Below are positions 26,500 to 35,405 of a DNA stretch of 59,706 nucleotides, piece after piece. The translations under genes were made by a program, and so were the position numbers. The stretch spans positions 1-59,706 of the forward strand of contig DAOTYC010000143.1 of assembly GCA_034435095.1 (NCBI GenBank), written 5' to 3'. Source of the stretch: Anaerolineae bacterium (GTDB lineage Bacteria; Chloroflexota; Anaerolineae; DAOTYC01). Numbering within the stretch: the stretch's first letter is position 1; each line of letters starts with the position of its first letter. The notes beneath the pieces were generated by a model. It made no database searches. It saw nothing but the letters and a program-made list of their open reading frames with translations, and was not told where the DNA came from.

Positions 26500-27714
26500 C
26501 TATCCGAGACACGACTCCACAAACTGGGTGATGTCTACGACCCGCAGGCGGGCTTTGCTGGCTTTGGCGGCTTTTTGCAGGGTGCGCACGCACTGTGGGC
26601 AGGCCGACACGAGATAACCTGCGCCGGTCTCGACTGCCTGGGCGATGCGTCGGCCCGAGACTTCCTCCAACACGCTCGGATCGAACGTCTCAATGTCACC
26701 ACCGCCGCCGCAGCACAGGGCGTGCTCGCGGTTTTGCACCATTTCCACAAGCTCACAGTCGGCGATAGCCGACAGAACCCGCCGCGGCGCGTCGTAGAGG
26801 CCGCCCTTGCGGCCCAGGTCGCATGGGTCATGGTAGGTGACCACCGTGCCTGCGCGCGGCGCGTTGAGCTTCAGCCGGCCCTCGGCCACGAGCTGTTCCA
26901 GCACTTCTACGGCATGGACCACCTCGAAGCCCAATTCCTCTTCGGCGATCTCCGGATAGACGTGCTTCCACATGTGGTAACACGATGGGCAGGTGGCGAC
27001 GACGCGCGGCGTCCCCAGCGCGCGCATCTGTTCGATGTTGTGCCGCACGAGCGGTTTGGCCTGCTCCAATTGGCCGCCCATCATCTGAGGGAAGCCACAA
27101 CACCATTCATCGGGGCCAAGCGTGGTGAACCGAACGCCCGCTTTCTCCAGCACCGCCGTGAACGCCTGCGGGATCGGATAAGTCATGGGGAACATGGCGG
27201 AAACACAGCCGACAAAATAGGCCATCTCTGCCGTACGGTCCTGCACCAGACTGGCCGGTTTCTGTTCCAGGTTCTCGGTCCAGGCGAGACGGTTGGCGTT
27301 GTCCTCGCCGGAGACGTTGTGGTACGACTCGATGCGCGCGCCCATCATGCCCAGCGCGCGCAGGCCGGTGTGCAGGGCCTGGTCGTCGCCCAATAGCTTC
27401 TCCCCATGGGCGCGGTAGCGCTCCTGCATGACTTTCTGGCGCATGGCTTCGACCAGCCGCCGCACCGACACGCCGTGGGGGCAATGTTGGGTGCAACTGT
27501 CGCAGCCCAGGCATCGCCACAGGCTGGCGTCGGTCGCCAGTAAGTCGTCCAAGCCAAACTGAGCGGCGCGCATCATCTGCGCCGGCCGGAAACGCATCGC
27601 CAGCGCGGTGGGGCAGCCCAACGAACACCGCTCGCACTGATAACAGAGGTAGACATTTTCGCCACACATTTGGCGGACGAACGTCGACAGGTCTGTGTTC
27701 AACGTTGATTCCAT
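26500..27714 (-). CDS. HdrC/HdrD(GlpC)-like Fe-S oxidoreductase: 4Fe-4S dicluster plus two CCG domains
   Basis: CYQCERCSLGCP and CLGCDSCTQHCP; YFVGC...CCG...CPSC and YHDPC...CCGGGG...ACPQC; ATG 27714 after GAGGAAGGAG. Confidence 0.9.
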   Translation of the reverse strand: MESTLNTDLSTFVRQMCGENVYLCYQCERCSLGCPTALAMRFRPAQMMRAAQFGLDDLLATDASLWRCLGCDSCTQHCPHGVSVRRLVEAMRQKVMQERYRAHGEKLLGDDQALHTGLRALGMMGARIESYHNVSGEDNANRLAWTENLEQKPASLVQDRTAEMAYFVGCVSAMFPMTYPIPQAFTAVLEKAGVRFTTLGPDEWCCGFPQMMGGQLEQAKPLVRHNIEQMRALGTPRVVATCPSCYHMWKHVYPEIAEEELGFEVVHAVEVLEQLVAEGRLKLNAPRAGTVVTYHDPCDLGRKGGLYDAPRRVLSAIADCELVEMVQNREHALCCGGGGDIETFDPSVLEEVSGRRIAQAVETGAGYLVSACPQCVRTLQKAAKASKARLRVVDITQFVESCLG

Positions 27715-27821
27715 TGCCGCTCCTTCCTCACCGCATCTTGGGGCATAGCCATTGCAGGCAACATGCCTGACTTTGCTCAATGGCGGGCCGCCTTTTTGTG
27801 TTTCCACCGATGACGGCAGCT

Positions 27822-27850
27822 ATTGTATCACAGCCGGGCCGATGACGCAA
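27822..27850 (-). promoter_or_regulatory. sigma70-type promoter of the Fe-S/cmk-like/hpt operon
   Basis: Reverse strand TTGCGT-17 nt-TACAAT with TGn. Confidence 0.6.
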
Positions 27851-27891
27851 ACGAAGCTGTCAACGGGTGCATCCAGGATTTTAGGCGAGCC

Positions 27892-28022
27892 GTAGGGCAG
27901 GTTTCCAAACCTGCCGCCGTAGTCGGGTATGGAAACCCGACCTACGGCTGAGCCGAAGGCGAAGCATGACAAGAGGGGGCGGCGTTTCTTCCCCCCCACG
28001 AGCAGCCTACCCACGCGCTGTG
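27892..28022. repeat. REP-like doublet and mosaic
   Basis: GTAGGGCAGGTTTCCAAACCTGCC (27892-915) facing GTCGGGTATGGAAACCCGACCTAC (27922-945), then GCTGAGCCGAAGGCGAAGCATGAC and a TTTCTTCCCC...CCCACGCG module. Confidence 0.8.
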
Positions 28023-28029
28023 AGGAAGC

Positions 28030-28821
28030 TCAGAGCGAGAACTCGGCCACCAGGAAAGTATGGTCAGAAGGCCGCTCGGCCTTCCGCGGCTCGACGTCAA
28101 TCCAGCTATCGAGTGACTTTTGGGCCAGTGGTTGGGTGGCCCAGATGTGGTCAACACGCCAGCCGAGGCCACGTTCCATCGCCCCGCGCACACGGTAATC
28201 CCAGAAGGTGTATTGGCCTGCTTCGTTTGGGTGATGCTTGCGGAAGACGTCCACAAACCCCCATTGCCGGACACGCTCCAGAGCGGCGCGCGCCGCCGGG
28301 TGAAAATCAACGTGATTGGTCAGTCGCCTGGGGTCATGGACATCAATTTCTTCCGTTGCGACGTTGAAGTCGCCGATCCACAGCAATGGCTCGTGCGGCG
28401 AATGGTGTCGCTCGAACCAGTCGCGCAGACGAGCCAGCCACTCCAGTTTGTATTGGAACTGCTCGGATTCGACCGATTGGCCCTGAGGGACATAGGTGTT
28501 GACGATGGGAATGCCGCGGATCACCGCGCTGATCAGGCGTGCCTCATCGGCCGGGCGGCCGTCGTCGAGGCCGTAGACGATGTCCTGCGCCGGTTCACGG
28601 CTGATGAGCGCCACGCCCGCATGAGATTTCTGCCCCCGGAAAGCGACCGCATAGCCCAGCTCCTGAATCGGTTCGACGGGAAAGTCGGCGTCTGTCACTT
28701 TGGTCTCCTGCAGGCCCAGCACATCCGGCTGATTCCTGGCGAGCCAGTCGAGCAACACGGGCAGCCGCGCCCGGATGGATGCGCAGTTAAACGTAGCGAC
28801 CCTGAACGCTGATTTCGACAT
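28030..28821 (-). CDS. xth: Exodeoxyribonuclease III
   Basis: ATFNCASIR, LQETK, NTYVPQG, GDFNVA, YTFWDYR, GWRVDH, PSDH; ATG 28821 after AAGGAGG. Confidence 0.96.
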   Translation of the reverse strand: MSKSAFRVATFNCASIRARLPVLLDWLARNQPDVLGLQETKVTDADFPVEPIQELGYAVAFRGQKSHAGVALISREPAQDIVYGLDDGRPADEARLISAVIRGIPIVNTYVPQGQSVESEQFQYKLEWLARLRDWFERHHSPHEPLLWIGDFNVATEEIDVHDPRRLTNHVDFHPAARAALERVRQWGFVDVFRKHHPNEAGQYTFWDYRVRGAMERGLGWRVDHIWATQPLAQKSLDSWIDVEPRKAERPSDHTFLVAEFSL

Positions 28822-28929
28822 GGAGCGACCTCCTTCACCGCTTACGTCGGGCCAATTATATGCCCGATTCGCCCGTCGGCCAAATGAAGGGCAGGGGCAC
28901 AAGCATGGTTGAAACCTCATGACCCAAAC

Positions 28930-28970
28930 AAAAAATCCGGCCGATAGACGGCGAGTCCATCAGTCGGATT
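28930..28970 (-). terminator. Intrinsic terminator after tRNA-Gln
   Basis: Reverse strand AATCCGACTGATGGAC-TCGCC-GTCTATCGGCCGGATT followed by TTTT. Confidence 0.75.
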
Positions 28971-28981
28971 GGGTGCTTTCA

Positions 28982-29052
28982 CTGGGGGACAGGGATTCGA
29001 ACCCCGACTTACTGATCCAGAGTCAGCTGTCCTACCATTAGACGATCCCCCA
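28982..29052 (-). tRNA. tRNA-Gln (anticodon CTG), CCA not encoded
   Basis: TGGGGGA/TCCCCCA acceptor stem, D-loop TAATGGTA, anticodon arm GCTGA-CTCTGGA-TCAGT, GGTTCGAATCC T-arm. Confidence 0.97.
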
Positions 29053-29068
29053 TCAGCTTGACAGTGCC

Positions 29069-29097
29069 ATTGTAGCACAGGTCGCTGTTTTTTGCAA
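29069..29097 (-). promoter_or_regulatory. tRNA promoter
   Basis: Reverse strand TTGCAA-17 nt-TACAAT with TGn. Confidence 0.7.
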
Positions 29098-29099
29098 AT

Positions 29100-29325
29100 C
29101 CCTGGCGAAGGCCCGCAAATCAAGCGGCTTTCCGTAGCCGCCAGAAGCGCGGCAGGCATGGAAACCTGCCCCACGGTGCGATTAACCGGCCATCTGAAAT
29201 ACACCCTGGCGAAGGCCCGCAGACCAAGTAGGGCGGCTTTCCATAGCCGCCAGACGCGCGGCAGGCATGGAAACCTGCCCTACGGTGTGATTAACCCGCC
29301 ATCTGAAATAGACCCTGGCGAAGGC
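29100..29325. repeat. BIME-like tandem repeat: two ~105-110-bp units, each with an inverted REP pair, plus the start of a third
   Basis: CCCTGGCGAAGG at about 29100, 29204 and 29313; each unit carries GGCGGCTTTCC.TAGCCGCC and GGCAGGCATGGAAACCTGCCC.AC. Confidence 0.8.
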
Positions 29326-29360
29326 TCTGTGACCTTCGCCAGGGAGAACGCCAGGTTCGT

Positions 29361-31427
29361 TCACGGGCCGGGCGCCATTGCCGTCAGAACAATCCCGGGA
29401 TTGACCGTCACAATCAGGCCAGGCAACAGAATGGGCGAAGTCGGCGTGGGGGCCAGCGCTGTCAATATGCCTGGGGCGAGCGTGATGAACGGGCCAGGCG
29501 CCATGGAAGTCAGAACGCCGGGCGGTATGAGCGGCAACGATGTCACCTGGATGGTCAGGTCCTTCGAATTGTTGCCCTCGTTGCTTTCAGTGACATTGTT
29601 CAGGTAGTCCACACGCACCTGCGTGTTGTAGTCGCCGGCCTCGCTGTACGTGTAGCTCCAGTTGATCCACTTGTCCTCGCCGGGCGCCAGGTTGATGGTA
29701 TCGGCGACGATGATCCAGGTCGCGCCCAATGGCCGCCAGGCGACGGCCAGGTTGACCGCCTGGGTCGCGCCCTCGTTCTTGATGCGCGCCTTCAGGTTGA
29801 TTGGGTTGCCCTTCAATTGCGATGGCGGGTCCGCTTCCAGGTCTTTGACCACCAGGTCGGGCTTGTCGGCCGGACACACGCCGACGACGTTGACCGTCAC
29901 GCTGCGGAAGATGTGTTCGCCGCCGGTGGTCACCGCTTCCAGGTTGTAGGTGGTGTTGGTGCACGGACAGACCGACTTCTCTTTATAGCCGCCGACGATG
30001 GCTTCGCCGTCCAGCCAGCCGGCCGCCACGTTCTGGATCAGGGCGCGCACCGTGGTACAGTTGCCGGCGGTGACGAGCAGGCTATCGGCCGTCAACTGCA
30101 CGACCGGGCCCGGCGGCGGAGGCGACGTCGGCGTGACAGTTGGCGTGGCCGTGCTGGGCGGCGGCACCTGAATCAGCACGGTGAGGCTCTGGCCGAACAG
30201 CTCGCCAGTGTTGCTCACCATGCGCCAGATGCCTTTGTAGATGCCGGGCGCAGGCGGGGCGTACATCGTCACGGTCACATCGGCGACGCCGCCGGGCGCC
30301 GTCGGTACGACGGCCTGGCTGTCCGGCGCGCCCATCTTGTCGCCGGAGACGAACCGGAGCTGGTACCCGACCTGCCACGGACAGGTGCCGCTGTTGCGAA
30401 TACGCCAGGTCTTGTCTATCCTCGCGCCAGGCGCGAACACGGAGTTGTCAGGCACAGTCACATCGGCGACGAACGCGCTGTTGTTGACACAGGTGGGCGC
30501 AGCAGTAGTTGCCATAACGACCGCTGGCGTCGTCGGAGTAGCTTCAGTCGCCGGTGTCACCGTGCCCGCCGGCGCGGCGCCGACGACGTTGATGACGACG
30601 CTGAACGGCTCGCTCATCTTGCCGTCCACGTTGAAGGCCCGCAGGGAAAGCGTGTGCAGCCCGCCAGACTGAGGCGTCCAGGTTTGCTGAACGAGCATCT
30701 CCTTCTGACCCTCTGGCGAACCGCTGGGGATCATCGCTTCGAGCGCATTATTGACCCAGAATTCGACCCGCGCGACGCCTTTCGGGTCCTTGACCGAGGC
30801 GAGGATGGTCAAGGGTTGGCCGACCTGCACCTGCGAACCGGCGAGCGGCTGTTGAATGCTGACTTTGGGGCCGGCCTGAGATGGGAGTACCAGCAGGAGC
30901 AACACACCGGCGATCACGACCAGGCCGAGTACAGCGGCCAGGCCGAGACCCACCCAGAGCGCAGTGTTGCTCTTCCGCCGGGCTGGCGGTATCGGGATGG
31001 TGCCGACGCCCATGCTGGTGGGGCCCGCAGCAATGCCAGCAGGCGGCGGGCTGGGGCGCATGTACGTCTCGCCATGCGAGGTCATGCCGGTCGTGCCTTT
31101 GAAGGTCAGGATGACATCGCCCAGCCCGATGACATCGCCATCGCGCAGGGGACATGGCCCGGTCAGCCGCACGCCGTTGACGGTGGTGCCGTTCGCGCTG
31201 CCCAGGTCGCGGATGACGAACTGGTTGTTCTCCCAGGTGATGGTGGCGTGGTTGCGCGAGACTTGCTGGTCCTGGATCGCTATATCATTGTCGGGCAGAC
31301 GGCCAATGGTGACAGAGTCTTTGTTGACCGTGAATCTCTGCCCTGCGGAGGGGCCCTGCCTCATCGTCAGGGTAACGGAACGGGGCGGTTGGTTGCCTGT
31401 AACCGTTTCACTACTGTTCTGACTCAT
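29361..31427 (-). CDS. FHA-domain membrane protein with extracellular Ig-like, Nbr1-FW-like and CARDB-like domains (paralog 1)
   Basis: TIGR..DNDI.I.D..VSRNHA...DLGSANGT.VNG (FHA); TM; FVADVTVPD....PG..I.KTWRIRNSGTCPW (Nbr1 FW); PDLVV...IKNEG...YN..V.VD..N.V.ESNEGNN (CARDB); ATG 31427 after GAGGAGG. Confidence 0.88.
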   Translation of the reverse strand: MSQNSSETVTGNQPPRSVTLTMRQGPSAGQRFTVNKDSVTIGRLPDNDIAIQDQQVSRNHATITWENNQFVIRDLGSANGTTVNGVRLTGPCPLRDGDVIGLGDVILTFKGTTGMTSHGETYMRPSPPPAGIAAGPTSMGVGTIPIPPARRKSNTALWVGLGLAAVLGLVVIAGVLLLLVLPSQAGPKVSIQQPLAGSQVQVGQPLTILASVKDPKGVARVEFWVNNALEAMIPSGSPEGQKEMLVQQTWTPQSGGLHTLSLRAFNVDGKMSEPFSVVINVVGAAPAGTVTPATEATPTTPAVVMATTAAPTCVNNSAFVADVTVPDNSVFAPGARIDKTWRIRNSGTCPWQVGYQLRFVSGDKMGAPDSQAVVPTAPGGVADVTVTMYAPPAPGIYKGIWRMVSNTGELFGQSLTVLIQVPPPSTATPTVTPTSPPPPGPVVQLTADSLLVTAGNCTTVRALIQNVAAGWLDGEAIVGGYKEKSVCPCTNTTYNLEAVTTGGEHIFRSVTVNVVGVCPADKPDLVVKDLEADPPSQLKGNPINLKARIKNEGATQAVNLAVAWRPLGATWIIVADTINLAPGEDKWINWSYTYSEAGDYNTQVRVDYLNNVTESNEGNNSKDLTIQVTSLPLIPPGVLTSMAPGPFITLAPGILTALAPTPTSPILLPGLIVTVNPGIVLTAMAPGP

Positions 31428-31547
31428 TTCACACCTCCTCAATGGGCGCCTGTCCGGAGGTTCAGTCGTCAGGGCGGCGACCTATACAGCCAAAGTCGGC
31501 CCTGTCGCCTGGCTTCGGACAGGCTACTAAGAAACTACCAAGCCACT

Positions 31548-31712
31548 GCGAGCGAAGCGAAGCAATCTCCAGGTTGGCGGCTGTAGCATAGGGCCTCGTG
31601 CCCGTTACGCCCACAAGGGGCTATGCTACGCGGTCTTCTCGCGCAATGACACCCGGCGGCTGTTTCTCCCCCCGTAAGCGGCGCGCCCGCGCGCCGTGGG
31701 GGATCTCAGAAT
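31548..31712. repeat. REP-like mosaic between the two FHA genes
   Basis: GCGAGCGAAGCGAAGCAATCTCC-GGTTGGCGGCT-GTAGCATAGGGCCTCGTGCCCGTTACGCCCACAAGGGGCTATGCTAC, nearly identical to the mosaic at 59550-59630; inverted GCGCGCCGTGGGG module. Confidence 0.8.
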
Positions 31713-31736
31713 GATCAGAGGGTATGAAGAACAGCG

Positions 31737-33761
31737 TCATGGTTCGGATACCTCGATTGTTAACGTTCGAGTATTGTTCCCCTCGTTCGCTTCGTCTAGC
31801 TCGTTGGTATAGTCCACTTTGGCGAAGGACTCGAATTCACCCGCTTCGGGGTAGGCATATTCAACGAATGGTTTCCAATCCTTGCTCTCGCCGGGAGCGA
31901 GTTCATCAACTCGTTTGGTGAAGACGGTCTCGGAGCCTTCTCCTTTCGGCAGCCAGGCCACAACGAAGTCCCTGGCCGGTTCACTGCCCACGTTCTTGAT
32001 CTTTATGCGTATCTGGATAGTTTCTCCTTTTTTCGCTTTGGGTTCCCTGTCCATCACCTGGAACTCGCGGATCTCCAAGTCTGGTTTGGGCACAATGCAG
32101 GTGCCCTCTACCTGAACGGTGGTATCCCTTTCTTCTCGTTTGCCGCCCGGCAAATCCACGGTCAGGACGTATCTGGTGTTTTCACACGGGCAGACCCGCT
32201 TCTCCCTGTAGCCACCGGCTATCGGCTCGCCGTCCAGCCAGGCTGCCTTGACGCCTTCCACCTGGGCGCGGACGGTAGTGCACTCGCCTGCATTGACACG
32301 GTCTGGGTCGGCCCAGATGACGATGACCGGCCCCGGCAGCGGCGTGAAAGTCGGCGTGGCGACTGGCGTAGGCGTATCGGGCGACGGGATCTGGATGACG
32401 ATGGTGAAACGTCCCCCGAATGGCTGGCCGCTGGGATCAACCATACGCCAGACGCCGGTGTGCACGCCGTAGCTACGGGGCGCGTACATGGTCACGGTCA
32501 CGTCTGTTGTCCCGCCCGGTGCAGTGGGCACGACCGGCTGACTGTCCGGCGCGCCCATTTTGTTGCCGGACGAGAAAACCAGCCGATAGCCTGGCCCCCA
32601 CGGGCAGGTGCCGCTGTTGCGGATGCGCCAGGTTTTGTCTATCCGCGCGCCAGGCTGAAAGATCGTATTGTCGGGGACAGTGACGTCGGCGACAAAGGCG
32701 GCATCGTTGGTACACGATTGCGGCGTGAACGTGGGCGTCAGCAGGACGATGGGCGTGTTCGTCGGCGGCGGGGTCGCCAGCGCCAGGAACGCGGCTGTCG
32801 GAGTGGGCGACGGCTGTTGCGACGGCGCCGGCTGTACGCGGGGAATATCCACGACGCCCACTGTGATGTTGGCCGGTTCGCTGACGTTGCCTGCGACGTT
32901 GTAGGCCTTGAGCGAGATGTTATGAAGGCCGCCGCTGGTTGGCGTCCACGGATACTGCACCGGCAATACAGGTTGCCCGGCCGGGCTGTTGCTGGTAATA
33001 TTCGCGCTCAACACGCCGTTGATCCAAACCTCGACTCGGCTGACGCCCTTGCGGTCCGAGGCAGATGCCAGAATGAGCACCGGCTCGCCGACTCTGGCCT
33101 GAGAGCCATTCAGCGGTTGTTGGACGGCCAGTTCCGGAACGGATGGCGTCTGGCTGAAAACCAGCAGTACGATGACCACCGTGAAGATGAGAGCCAAGAA
33201 GATGGCGAGGCTGACCCCGATCAGAATGGGCCACAGGATTCCGACACTGCCGTTGTCGCGGCGCTTGCCGACGGGGGTGGAATCCATCCCGATTGTGCTC
33301 GCCGGCTGGGCCGCCCTTACTTGCCTGGACGACCAGGTCGGATCATTCCTCGGGGCGGCTGTGCGATAGGGGACTCTGCTGGCCCCCCTGCTTTCCGAAT
33401 CTATCCCTGCACCGGGTCCCTGGAAGGTCAACAGGATCTCGCCGAGGCCGATGACATCGCCGTCTCGTAAGGGGCAGGGCGCGGAAATGAGCACGCCGTT
33501 TACTGTGGTACCGTTGGCACTGCCCAGGTCTCGGATGAAAAATTGCTCATTCTCCCACGTAATTGTAGCATGGTGGCGAGAGACCTGCTGGTCGGGTATG
33601 GAGACATCGTTGGCTGGCAGCCTGCCAATGGTGATATTCCCCTTTCGGATAATGAACCGCTGGCCTGGCTTGGGCCCTTGTCGCATGGTGAGGACAGCGT
33701 AAGGGGAAGGGTCGCCGACAGATGCGCGACTGCCCCAGCCACTATTCTCGCCGTTTCTCAT
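31737..33761 (-). CDS. FHA-domain membrane protein with Ig-like, Nbr1-FW-like and CARDB-like domains (paralog 2)
   Basis: Same domain order and motifs as 29361..31427 (TIGRLPANDV...VSRHHA; GARIDKTWRIRNSGTCPW; PDLEI...NEGNN). Confidence 0.88.
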   Translation of the reverse strand: MRNGENSGWGSRASVGDPSPYAVLTMRQGPKPGQRFIIRKGNITIGRLPANDVSIPDQQVSRHHATITWENEQFFIRDLGSANGTTVNGVLISAPCPLRDGDVIGLGEILLTFQGPGAGIDSESRGASRVPYRTAAPRNDPTWSSRQVRAAQPASTIGMDSTPVGKRRDNGSVGILWPILIGVSLAIFLALIFTVVIVLLVFSQTPSVPELAVQQPLNGSQARVGEPVLILASASDRKGVSRVEVWINGVLSANITSNSPAGQPVLPVQYPWTPTSGGLHNISLKAYNVAGNVSEPANITVGVVDIPRVQPAPSQQPSPTPTAAFLALATPPPTNTPIVLLTPTFTPQSCTNDAAFVADVTVPDNTIFQPGARIDKTWRIRNSGTCPWGPGYRLVFSSGNKMGAPDSQPVVPTAPGGTTDVTVTMYAPRSYGVHTGVWRMVDPSGQPFGGRFTIVIQIPSPDTPTPVATPTFTPLPGPVIVIWADPDRVNAGECTTVRAQVEGVKAAWLDGEPIAGGYREKRVCPCENTRYVLTVDLPGGKREERDTTVQVEGTCIVPKPDLEIREFQVMDREPKAKKGETIQIRIKIKNVGSEPARDFVVAWLPKGEGSETVFTKRVDELAPGESKDWKPFVEYAYPEAGEFESFAKVDYTNELDEANEGNNTRTLTIEVSEP

Positions 33762-33813
33762 GACTCATCACCTCCAAAGCGGGATGAAGGGTGTGCGATG
33801 TGTTTCTATGGAC

Positions 33814-33892
33814 ATTGTAACAAATAAACTGCCGCATGTCAAAGATTTTGCATATTGTAAAATTTGAATACCAGAGGAAGTGAGGTTATAGT
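33814..33892. promoter_or_regulatory. Divergent sigma70 promoter pair (FHA genes / dgt)
   Basis: Minus: TTGACA-17-TACAAT (33842-33814). Plus: TTGAAT-17-TATAGT (33864-33892). Confidence 0.7.
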
Positions 33893-33943
33893 AATAGGTG
33901 TGTGCGACGCCGTTGACCGCGGCCAGTTGTGGGAGGTGGCCCG

Positions 33944-35098
33944 ATGCTAGTAACCCGTGAGATCTTTGAGGCAGCCGAGTCGGAACGCTTGGCGCCCTAT
34001 GCGATGTCCAGCCGTCAATCCAGAGGGAGACGCTATCCGGAAGAAGAAGCACCTTATCGTTCCATTTTTGCCCGCGACCGAGACCGAATCATCCATACCA
34101 CAGCGTTTCGCCGATTGGAATACAAGACCCAGGTGTTCGTAAACTCAGAAGGAGATCATTACCGTACTCGCTTAACCCATACTTTGGAGGTGGCGCAAAT
34201 CGGGCGGAGCATCGCCCGGGCGCTGGGAGCAAATGAAGACCTGGTCGAGGCCATTGCGCTGGCCCATGACCTGGGCCATACCCCCTTCGGCCATGCTGGG
34301 GAACAGGTGCTGCACGAACTGATGGCCGGGCACGGCGGCTTCGATCACAATCGCCAGGGATTGCGGATTGTGGACGAACTGGAACGGCGCTATCCCCACT
34401 TCCCAGGCTTGAACCTGACCTGGGAGGTGCGAGAGGGTATCATCAAGCATGAGACCGATTACGACCGGTGCATTGCCGATGGCTTTGAGCCCGAGCTGAA
34501 GGGGACAATCGAGGCGCAGGTCGTGAATGTGGCCGACGAAATCGCCTACAACAGCCATGACCTGGACGATGGCCTGCGAGCTGGCATCCTCTCGCCCGCT
34601 GCGCTCAAGGGCATTGACTTGTGGGACGAGGCGACAGACGATGTCGGCTTTCGGGCGGATGGGCCGCTGACCGACCAGGCGCGCTATGGCATCGTGCGTT
34701 ATCTGATCCGCCGCGAAGTGGAAGACGTGATCCAGGAGACCGACCTGCGCCTGACCGCCGGGAAAATTGACTCTGTGGATAAAGTGAGAAGGTCAGGCCA
34801 CAATCTCGTACAGTTCTCGGCGGAGATGAGGGAAAAGAACCGACACTTGAAGGCCTGCTTGCTCAATAACTTCTACCTGGACTATCGCCTGGTGCGCAGG
34901 ACGATGAAGGCCCAGTACGTGCTGCGCCGTTTGTTTGAGTCCTACTGTAAGGAACCCAAACAACTGCCGACGGACGTACAGGATGCCATAGAGACGCGAG
35001 GGCTGCATCGAGCTGTCTGCGACTATATCGCCGGTATGACCGACCGCTATGCGGCCCAAGAATACAACAAGCTGTTCGATGTGGCCGAATGGATGTAG
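33944..35098 (+). CDS. dgt: Deoxyguanosinetriphosphate triphosphohydrolase
   Basis: RDRDRIIH..AFRRL..KTQV, RTRLTHTLEV, HDLGHTPFGHAGE, ADEIAY..HDLDD, DYIAGMTDRYA. Confidence 0.96.
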   Translation: MLVTREIFEAAESERLAPYAMSSRQSRGRRYPEEEAPYRSIFARDRDRIIHTTAFRRLEYKTQVFVNSEGDHYRTRLTHTLEVAQIGRSIARALGANEDLVEAIALAHDLGHTPFGHAGEQVLHELMAGHGGFDHNRQGLRIVDELERRYPHFPGLNLTWEVREGIIKHETDYDRCIADGFEPELKGTIEAQVVNVADEIAYNSHDLDDGLRAGILSPAALKGIDLWDEATDDVGFRADGPLTDQARYGIVRYLIRREVEDVIQETDLRLTAGKIDSVDKVRRSGHNLVQFSAEMREKNRHLKACLLNNFYLDYRLVRRTMKAQYVLRRLFESYCKEPKQLPTDVQDAIETRGLHRAVCDYIAGMTDRYAAQEYNKLFDVAEWM

Positions 35099-35124
35099 TA
35101 GTAGGCGCGATAGCACGCCCCTCC

Positions 35125-35335
35125 ACCATTCTGAGCTCCCCCACGGCGCGTGGGCGCGCCGCTCTTTGGGGGAAGAAACAGCACTGGGTGTCATTGCTTC
35201 GTCGGCCCGTAGGGCGACGAGGCAATGTAGCGTAGCCCCTTGTGGGCGTGACGGGCACAAGGCACGGGCACGAGGCCCTATGCTACGGCCGCCAACCCGG
35301 AGATTGCTTCGCTTCGCTCGCAATGACCGGAGGGG
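35125..35335. repeat. REP-like mosaic between convergent genes
   Basis: CATTCTGAGCTCCCCCACGGCGCGTGGGCGCGCCGCTC (identical copy near 56690), GTCATTGCTTCGTCG..., GTAGCGTAGCCCCTTGTGGGCG...GCCCTATGCTAC, GAGATTGCTTCGCTTCGCTCGCAATGAC. Confidence 0.85.
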
Positions 35336-35405
35336 GACGCCCCCAATGAGCGGCGTGTCCCATCGGGCAGGCCGACGATGCGCGGGCGGTCCACAGGTTG
35401 ACAGG

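Noticed and set aside
21937-27714. Selenocysteine or pyrrolysine read-through in the AOR or Hdr-like genes
   Set aside because: Both frames are full-length with no internal TGA/TAG.
28982-29052. tRNA-anchored genomic island or prophage attachment site
   Set aside because: No integrase and no duplicate of the tRNA 3' end seen; xth follows directly after a normal terminator.
31448-31524. Long hairpin GCCTGTCCGGAG...CTTCGGACAGGC just upstream of FHA paralog 1 as a riboswitch
   Set aside because: No known aptamer motif and no terminator T-tract; it adjoins a repeat mosaic and is probably another palindromic element.
29817-31586. Long antisense ORFs (also 21871..23445, 48735..50015, 52017..53429, 53914..55425, 57914..59263)
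   Set aside because: They mirror well-supported genes on the opposite strand, lack SD and family motifs, and are expected shadows in high-GC DNA.
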